Below are positions 24,477 through 30,639 of a stretch of 32,000 nucleotides of DNA, in pieces. The stretch's first letter is position 1, and every line of letters starts with the position of its first letter. The stretch covers positions 970,444-1,002,443 of the forward strand of contig PQXB01000001.1 of the NCBI GenBank assembly GCA_003194425.1, written 5' to 3'. The position numbers were made by a program, and so were the translations under genes. The notes under the pieces are model-generated. The model was not told the origin of the DNA. It saw only the letters and a list, made by a program, of their open reading frames with translations, and searched no databases. Source of the stretch: Candidatus Methanophagaceae archaeon (lineage in GTDB: Archaea > Halobacteriota > Syntropharchaeia > Alkanophagales > Methanospirareceae).

Positions 24477-24887
24477 ATGCCAGATCGAGTAATCCTTGAT
24501 TCGAGCGTAATTGCGGCGATATTTTTTAAAGAGGAGGCTTCTGAGCGGGCAGAGAGGGCGGCGGCGAATTACGAATTGGGGACTGTTGATCTTGCGATTG
24601 CAGAAGTGGGGAATGTTGCCTGGAAACGAGTAGTGTTCTTCAACGAGGCAGAAGAGGTTGCGTTAAGAGCGCTGAGAAGGGGCATAAATTTTATTGTCGG
24701 TGCGTGTGAGGTGGTCAGTTCGCGGGAACTGCTCGAAGATGCTTTTGAAATCGCGATCGCGGATAAAATTACAATTTATGATTCGCTTTTCGTAGCCGCT
24801 TCGGAAAGGGAGAAGGTGCCTCTTCTGACTACGGATCGGAAGTTGTGTGAGAAAGTAAAGTCGCAGAGGAGGGTGAAGCTGATATAA
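24477..24887 (+). CDS. vapC: PIN-domain ribonuclease toxin VapC
   Basis: 136 aa. The conserved acidic residues sit in PIN context: VILDSSVIAAIF (D), AIAEVGNVAWK (E), IYDSLFVAAS (D) and LLTTDRKL (D). Confidence 0.85.
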   Translation: MPDRVILDSSVIAAIFFKEEASERAERAAANYELGTVDLAIAEVGNVAWKRVVFFNEAEEVALRALRRGINFIVGACEVVSSRELLEDAFEIAIADKITIYDSLFVAASEREKVPLLTTDRKLCEKVKSQRRVKLI

Positions 24888-25129
24888 AGAGCGATCAGGC
24901 TACGATGCTGTGGGCTGCGGAGTTTGAGGCTTTGAAACTGCTGGAGAGAGCGTGCTGTTATTCAGAGAATGCTTCTCCCGCGCTGCTACTTCAATGGGCG
25001 TAACCAGCTCCTCAGCAAGGGTTGCAGCGTAATCCAGGCAAGTCTTGAACATAGCAACAACTCCTTTGTGTTTAAATTGGTTTTGTGTTTTCTTGTTAAA
25101 AAATAAGATTATGAATGTAGTTAGAGACT

Positions 25130-25379
25130 GTGGATGAAATATTAGTCAGGCAGGGGATGTATGCGAGTCGGGAGGATTTAATATGTGACGCTTTGCGTGC
25201 TCTCCTCAGGGCTAAGCCAAGACTGAGGTCAGATTTAGCGGTAGAATTATACAGAAGAGGGAGTGTGTCACTTTCTTTTGAGGGCGGCAGAGGTCTGTGG
25301 GATGAATCTGGAGGATTTCAAGGAGTTGTTGAAAGAGAGGGGTGTTAAGACAAAAGTTCCGGGCATCGTGAGAGGGTGA
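25130..25379 (+). pseudogene. UPF0175-family antitoxin-like gene with a +1 frameshift
   Basis: Frame 1 (25130-25283) reads ..LRSDLAVELYRRGSVSLSFEG. The frame starting at 25284 reads AAEVCGMNLEDFKELLKERGVKTKVPGIVRG*, with its stop at 25377-25379. Together these give the UPF0175 signature A..LY..G..SL..AAE..GM....F..LL..RGV. No downstream toxin partner is present. Confidence 0.55.
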
Positions 25380-25909
25380 ATATCTCGTGACAATCTTTCA
25401 AATACTTTAACCAATGATTCCTCGTCCTTCAACCCTAACTCGTTTTTAGCAAGATCGAAATAACTGTTAACGTCTTCTACATTAACCGGTACGAGCTTAG
25501 CTTGTTGTCCTGGTATTGATGTGTGAGGGCCAAGAGGGTGGTTGACAGAAGGATCTATGGGGCTTAATTGCCCTATTTTAGTCATGTATATATTATCTGC
25601 ACCTAAAGTAATTAAGGTAGCACAGCTAAGAGCTTTAAAGGGGACAATCACGTTAAAGATGTCACAAAATTCCCTTATGAGATTGACTAATGCAAATCCC
25701 GCCATCGTTATTCCACCAGTGCTGTAAAGATACAAATCAATTTGTCTCTGATGCCCCATCTGCCTAAGATGCTCCAGACAAAAGGGGAAAGAATCAGTTG
25801 CAATCCGGGTCTCTAAACCCTTTCTATCTCCGGTTATAAATACCAATACACGGGATTCTCTCTCCTGCTCGATTTCACGAATGATATTTTGCCTCTCCTT
25901 TCTTCCCAT
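25268..25909 (-). CDS. SDH-family (serine dehydrogenase proteinase, ClpP/SppA-fold) serine protease, probably C-terminally truncated
   Basis: VLVFITGDRKGLETRIATD...IDLYLYSTGGITMAG...VPFKALSCATLITLGADNIYMTKIGQLSPIDPS matches my memory of the PF01972 family. A strong GGAGG Shine-Dalgarno lies 7 nt upstream of the ATG (25909). The last roughly 35 codons are antisense to the UPF0175 gene and look non-homologous. Confidence 0.6.
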   Translation of the reverse strand: MGRKERQNIIREIEQERESRVLVFITGDRKGLETRIATDSFPFCLEHLRQMGHQRQIDLYLYSTGGITMAGFALVNLIREFCDIFNVIVPFKALSCATLITLGADNIYMTKIGQLSPIDPSVNHPLGPHTSIPGQQAKLVPVNVEDVNSYFDLAKNELGLKDEESLVKVFERLSRDIHPLTMPGTFVLTPLSFNNSLKSSRFIPQTSAALKRK

Positions 25910-26005
25910 ATTGCCTCCCCCCTTTATTAGATAAAATTAGGGATTGTTTAACTATTAACTTTTCATTAATATTAAAATCTAAAATTTTCACATAAAAACC
26001 CATCT

Positions 26006-29000
26006 CTATCCCTTCACCTCCTCCACCTCCCCCTGCACCACCCTCGTCCTCTCCACCGCCTTCACCACTCGCCTAAAATGCTCCACCTCCTGCCACGACA
26101 ACTCCCGCCCCTTCCGATCCTTCAAATACTTCGCCAGCACTTGGTAACCCCCGATTTGGTACTCCCACACCGGTTTAGAAACGCCGTCGAAATACTGCTG
26201 CTTGTTAAAATAAACCCGCTCCGTCTTCTCGTCGTACCGCACCCGCTCCACCTTGTTCGACCCGCTCACTGGAAACCCCACCCCGCCTGCCCCTGCCCCG
26301 CTCAGCGACGGATGCCTCAGCAAATGCAACTCCACCAACTCCTTTCCCAACTCGCTCAGCCTCTTGAACTTCCCCTTCCCCTCCTCCGACGCCGACGGCA
26401 GCGGAACTCTCGGAAAATCAACCTTCAAAAACTCCTCGTACCGCCTCCTGTAACTCGGCGAGTAAAGCACCGCGTAAATGTAGTAGAAAATCTCCTCCGC
26501 CGTCGGCTCCGTGCCCAGCGCTTCTTTTACCGCCTGCAAAAACTCTTTGCTCAGGTTCGGGACTCGTTCTGGCTCGGACGCTTCCTCGTCTGACAATTTT
26601 GCTCTCGGCTTGGCTGGGTAGAGGTAGAGTGGAAAAAGATAGCCAATTCCCTTGTTGCTAAGGGTGATTCGACTCTCAATTATTCCGTTTGTAACAAATG
26701 CGTGATTAAAAATACCTTCAGCAACCTGCCTAACTGTGACTAACCCTAAATTCTCCTGCCTCATGTGTCGCATCACTTTTCTTCGTGTTCGCCACACCAC
26801 GGAATCGTGAAAATAAATCTCACGAATGTCAAAGGGTCGGTAAAGGATTTTCGTGAAATAATCTTCCCAATTCTGCACTTTACTCAGCTCGCTCCTCGCC
26901 TTCTTGACTCTCCACATGTAATTCTCTTTCAACTCAAACTCCCGCCGCACGCTCTCGTCCGAGACCGACAAATCCCTGAACCTCTCAATTCGCCTTTTTA
27001 AAGCCGCCCTCTCAAAATCAATTACGAATCTGTCCCTCGCGGTGACAACGCCCGTGCAGTTCACCGGAAAAATATCTGTAACCTTCCAAAACCGCTCGTA
27101 CTCTTCCCGCCCCACCTCCTGCCGCGGCACGAAGAAATAAAACGGGCTGCTCGGCTTCAACTCCTCCCACTCAGTCGTCTCAAGCTCGTTCTCCCACAGC
27201 CACCTGTACTTCTCCTCACGTCGCCCCCACAAGTCAGCGTAAAACACCCTCGCAACTTGCTCTTTTTTCTTTTTTAAAGAACGGTTTTTCACGAACAAAC
27301 TAATTGCCACGCCCTGCCGAATCTCAAAGACATTCTCGTCCTTACTCCCGTCCGGGCACTGCTCCTTCTTCAGCGAGTTACCGTGCAAATTCAAAACATA
27401 AATCCTGTCAAAACTCCGCATCAGCGACTGCCGCATCCCGCGAAAAGTCGGGTTGTCCAAGTAGCTGTGGTTCGTGAGGAACGCCAAAATCCCCTCGCCC
27501 GCCCTGTCAATCTTCCACTGCCCGAACCGAATAAACTTCACATAGTCGTCCTGAAGCCAGTGCTTTTTCTCTCCAAAATGTCTCCCGTCCACATATTTGT
27601 AGTCCTCGATCAACTCAGTTATCCAGTCTCCCTTGTTCTCCGAAACGCCCGAGTACGGAGGGTTCCCGAGCACCACCAAAATCTGCTCCTTCTCCTTCAC
27701 CCGCTTCGCCGCCTGCCCCTCTGCGGTAAGTTCAGGAAGCAGCGGCACCTGCGCCGGCTCCTGCATCTCCAACGCGTTCGTCAGGTAAAACCGCACTCGC
27801 TCGCCCGCCTCGAGTTCGAGCCCCCACTTGTCCTTCAAATACATCGCAGCACGCAAATGCCCAACCACATAAGGAACGATGAGCAGTTCAAAAGCGAAGA
27901 AGTCGGACAAAATATGCCCCCTCAAGTTAGCAGAAACAAGTCCGTCCAAACGGTTCTCCGTCAACTCCGCAAACGCCCGTCCAATCGCACGAATCACAAA
28001 TGTCAGCGTCCCTGCAGCGGGGTCGAGCAGTTTCACGCCGTACTCCGCAAGCCCCTGGTCTTTCCTGAACTCGCTCTTCAACAGCCCGTGAACCGAGCCA
28101 ACGATGTAAGCAACCACCTCCGGCGGCGTGTAGAAAACCCCCAACCTCTTCTTCTCCGCCGGGTTGTACTCGCCTAAAAAGGTGTCGTAAAAATGAATTA
28201 TCGGGTCTCTATCCGCAACCCCTGCTGTGTCCTCGGCTTCTGAAATCGCCCTGACGTCCGCCTTGTTCAGCACATTTATTGTGTCCTCGACAATCCAGCG
28301 CAGAGCCTCTGGCGTGTTCGGACCGCTGAAAATGTAAAACATCTTCCTGAGCAGAGCCACACTGCCGGGAATAAATTCCCACGCATTGCCCCGATTTATC
28401 TCTTTCACCTCCTCCTCCGCCCCTGCGATCATTTTCGCCGCAAATAACCCATAAGTAATCGTTTGTGCATACAAATCCACGAATTCTGCTTTCGTCAAAC
28501 CCGCGATGAGTGAGTTCCGAAAAGCCTCATAAAAACTTGCGACCGGGATGAAATCCGGCTCCGCCTCCTTCTCCAACACCTCCTCCAAAACCGCTCTCGA
28601 CAGCCTCGTCTTCTCTGCCAGCAGAGCCGCCAGTTCTGAGGCTGTCTTTACCGCAGGTGTTGAGAAGCTGTAAAATCTACTCAAAAATTCATAAAACAAA
28701 TCCGCTCTCTCCTCCGCAGGAACAGCCTCTCTCAAACCCGCCAACTCTAAATCCGAGAACTTGCAAACCTCCACGCTCGCCACAAATTTACCGTTCCTGT
28801 AAAGCCAGAACTCTAGAAAGTTCGTCAAAATTAGGTTCGGCAGTGCTGCACGGTACCGTTGAATCTGCTCCGAGTTCTCGGCGGCTTGAAGGCTCGTACC
28901 CGGCGTCTTCGCTTCTACGTGCCCCACAATCTCTCCGCCGCCTCCACCACTCCCTCGGCGAACCAGAAAGTCAGGAATTCCCACCTCCGTCTTCTTCGGC

Positions 29001-29185
29001 AGAACAAGAACGCCAGCTCCCTCTCCCGCAGAGAAAGCAGACGAGCAACCTTCAAAGAGGTCTTTCAAGAGGTGGTAGAAGGTCTCTTCTCTGAAGTTTC
29101 CCGATGCGTAAATCTCGTGAATTTCGTTGAGGTAAGCGGTGAGAATCTTCTGCGGGTTGGCTTTGGCTTTGTCCAGGTTGGTCAT
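26006..29185 (-). CDS. Single-polypeptide type IIG/IIL restriction-modification enzyme (N-terminal PD-ExK nuclease, gamma-class N6-adenine methyltransferase, type-ISP/YeeA-like C-terminal specificity domain)
   Basis: Nuclease: GIPDFLV...GHVEAK (PD...ExK). Methyltransferase: VFYTPPEVV, LLDPAAGTLTF (motif I) and VVLGNPPYSG (motif IV, NPPY encoded at 27653-27664). C-terminus: VWEYQIGGYQVLAKYLKDRKGRELS, typical of ISP/YeeA-type TRDs. I place the start at the ATG at 29185 (MTNLDKAKANPQK). The KSRS-repeat extension to 29293 in the ORF track is repeat DNA overlapping the upstream CDS. Confidence 0.85.
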   Translation of the reverse strand: MTNLDKAKANPQKILTAYLNEIHEIYASGNFREETFYHLLKDLFEGCSSAFSAGEGAGVLVLPKKTEVGIPDFLVRRGSGGGGGEIVGHVEAKTPGTSLQAAENSEQIQRYRAALPNLILTNFLEFWLYRNGKFVASVEVCKFSDLELAGLREAVPAEERADLFYEFLSRFYSFSTPAVKTASELAALLAEKTRLSRAVLEEVLEKEAEPDFIPVASFYEAFRNSLIAGLTKAEFVDLYAQTITYGLFAAKMIAGAEEEVKEINRGNAWEFIPGSVALLRKMFYIFSGPNTPEALRWIVEDTINVLNKADVRAISEAEDTAGVADRDPIIHFYDTFLGEYNPAEKKRLGVFYTPPEVVAYIVGSVHGLLKSEFRKDQGLAEYGVKLLDPAAGTLTFVIRAIGRAFAELTENRLDGLVSANLRGHILSDFFAFELLIVPYVVGHLRAAMYLKDKWGLELEAGERVRFYLTNALEMQEPAQVPLLPELTAEGQAAKRVKEKEQILVVLGNPPYSGVSENKGDWITELIEDYKYVDGRHFGEKKHWLQDDYVKFIRFGQWKIDRAGEGILAFLTNHSYLDNPTFRGMRQSLMRSFDRIYVLNLHGNSLKKEQCPDGSKDENVFEIRQGVAISLFVKNRSLKKKKEQVARVFYADLWGRREEKYRWLWENELETTEWEELKPSSPFYFFVPRQEVGREEYERFWKVTDIFPVNCTGVVTARDRFVIDFERAALKRRIERFRDLSVSDESVRREFELKENYMWRVKKARSELSKVQNWEDYFTKILYRPFDIREIYFHDSVVWRTRRKVMRHMRQENLGLVTVRQVAEGIFNHAFVTNGIIESRITLSNKGIGYLFPLYLYPAKPRAKLSDEEASEPERVPNLSKEFLQAVKEALGTEPTAEEIFYYIYAVLYSPSYRRRYEEFLKVDFPRVPLPSASEEGKGKFKRLSELGKELVELHLLRHPSLSGAGAGGVGFPVSGSNKVERVRYDEKTERVYFNKQQYFDGVSKPVWEYQIGGYQVLAKYLKDRKGRELSWQEVEHFRRVVKAVERTRVVQGEVEEVKG

Positions 29186-29190
29186 TTTTC

Positions 29191-29262
29191 TGCTTCTGTT
29201 TCTACTTTTGCTTCTGCTTTTGCTTCTACTTTTGCTTCTGCTTTTGCTTCTGCTTTTGCTTT
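29191..29262. repeat. Hexamer-based tandem repeat (tgcttc/tgcttt/tacttt), with 24-bp higher-order unit tacttttgcttctgcttttgcttc x2
   Basis: 12 consecutive hexamers span 29191-29262. 29203-29226 and 29227-29250 are identical. It encodes the (QK)n tail and the TAG stop (29226-29228) of the coiled-coil gene, and fills the whole 40-bp gap up to the RM start codon. Confidence 0.9.
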
Positions 29263-30575
29263 TGTACAACCTCAATTTTCTTACCCGCAACACTTTCTAA
29301 AGCCTCTAACAAAACCCTCTCTTTCTCGGCGACTTTCTCTTGCAGCGAAATTATGTGTCTTTTAGAGCGGTCGGTTCTTTCTTGCAATTGAGCGAGTTGC
29401 CCCTTGTCAGAAATAATTCCTCGCTCGACCTCCGTTCTATCTTTGAGCACCGTCAGGTTCGAAAGCGTGCTTTTGGTCTCTTCAATTCTCGATTCTAACC
29501 CCGCCCGTTTTTCCTTGATCGAGGCGAAGGAGAACTCGGTATTCTCGGTATTCGCATTTAACAGGTGTTTTATCCATTTCAGTGTCTCGTCTCGCTTTCG
29601 CTCCTTCAGGATAAAATCTCCCTCTTCAATGATTTTTTTCATTGCGAGTAAGAAATCGCGGACGCCGTCTTCGTCACCGAGCGCTCGAATTGGGGAGGAC
29701 AAGATTGAAGCTAACGCTCTTCGCTCTTCAGGAGCGAGGGTGTGCCGCCCTGTCTCGTCCTGCTTCTTCAAGAGGGAGAGTGCTTTGTTAATCGGCGAGA
29801 ACAATTCGCGGGCAGCGGATTCGAGTGCGTTCAATTCCTTTTCCGACGCAGCCAACTCGGTTTCGAGCTCTTTGAACCGCACCCATTCTTCCCTCTCCTC
29901 AATCGCACTCAATCTTTCCTCCTCCCTCAGGATTCTCTTTTCGAGCGCGGAACACTCTTCTTCTTGACCGCGGACTTTCTCCTTCTCCTTCTCTACCCCT
30001 GATTTCAGATTTTTTATCTCTCGCACTATTTCTGGCACACGCTCTAAATTCATAATCCGGCTCTCTTTTCCCTTAATCGGTGCGATAAGTTGGTTAAGAA
30101 GGGCGTTCAGTCGCTTGAGGTCTGCGAGAACTTCCTTGATCTCGTCGGGAAATAGCGAGCGGACATAGTAGAGGTTCTTCGATGATTTTGACTTGCCAAA
30201 AGCAAAAGCGAATTCTATGATGCTGGGGGTGGTTACTCTGTAAAAGGATAAAACCGTTTTATAATCGGTTTGAGTCGGAATTAACATCTTTTCAGTCACC
30301 GAGTAAAGATGTTTTACCATCTTGTCACGGCTGGGCAACCCTATTTTTGCGATAGGAGCGGGGACATCTTCAATTGGTTCGGCGTCCTGAAGCTCGGAGA
30401 TGTTTTGCTTTAGCCTCTCTCGTGTCTTTCGTATCTCTTCATATAATTGCTCTGCATTTGCACTCAGACCGCGAAATAACGATTTCGACGCAATCTCCAG
30501 CCAAATATCTATTTCATCAAAGGCGACCGCAGACGGTATTTCTTCCTTGCCCAAAATTCTATCCAACCACTTCAT
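29226..30575 (-). CDS. Hypothetical coiled-coil protein (no family recognised)
   Basis: 449-aa ORF that is highly charged. It has long heptad-like E/K/R/L stretches (EKEKEKVRGQEEECSALEKRILREEERLSAIEEREEWVRFKELETELAASEKELNALESAARE), no TM segments and no catalytic motif I can recognise. Same strand as both flanking methyltransferase genes. A TATA-like actataaa lies about 35 bp upstream. Confidence 0.6.
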   Translation of the reverse strand: MKWLDRILGKEEIPSAVAFDEIDIWLEIASKSLFRGLSANAEQLYEEIRKTRERLKQNISELQDAEPIEDVPAPIAKIGLPSRDKMVKHLYSVTEKMLIPTQTDYKTVLSFYRVTTPSIIEFAFAFGKSKSSKNLYYVRSLFPDEIKEVLADLKRLNALLNQLIAPIKGKESRIMNLERVPEIVREIKNLKSGVEKEKEKVRGQEEECSALEKRILREEERLSAIEEREEWVRFKELETELAASEKELNALESAARELFSPINKALSLLKKQDETGRHTLAPEERRALASILSSPIRALGDEDGVRDFLLAMKKIIEEGDFILKERKRDETLKWIKHLLNANTENTEFSFASIKEKRAGLESRIEETKSTLSNLTVLKDRTEVERGIISDKGQLAQLQERTDRSKRHIISLQEKVAEKERVLLEALESVAGKKIEVVQKQKQKQKQKQK

Positions 30576-30639
30576 TTTTATTTTATCGGGGACTCCGAGA
30601 AGATCGCCACTTTATAGTAGGGGAGTTAAACCTTTCTGT

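Noticed and set aside
24900-25052. Unlisted 50-codon minus-strand ORF (MFKTCLDYAATLAEELVTPIEVAAREKHSLNN..) between vapC and the UPF0175 remnant
   Set aside because: It is short, has no recognisable family and no clear Shine-Dalgarno or TATA element. It might be another gene fragment in this decaying region, but I cannot support a call.
27383-28177. 264-aa plus-strand ORF (also 26078-26593, 28657-29094, 28859-29365)
   Set aside because: All are antisense to the type IIG RM gene, whose methyltransferase motifs are unambiguous. The translations are Pro/Arg/Leu-rich with no domain signature.
749-29262. Could any of the repeat arrays be CRISPR arrays?
   Set aside because: All arrays are strictly head-to-tail, with no unique spacers between units. 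Units are 6-24 bp rather than about 25-40 bp. Most lie inside well-supported CDSs, and there are no cas genes in the window.
29186-29293. N-terminal MLRVRKLRLYKSKSRSKSRS.. extension of the RM enzyme
   Set aside because: It is encoded by the hexamer repeat tract and overlaps the coiled-coil CDS by 68 nt. The downstream ATG at 29185 starts a normal-looking N-terminus (MTNLDKAKANPQK).
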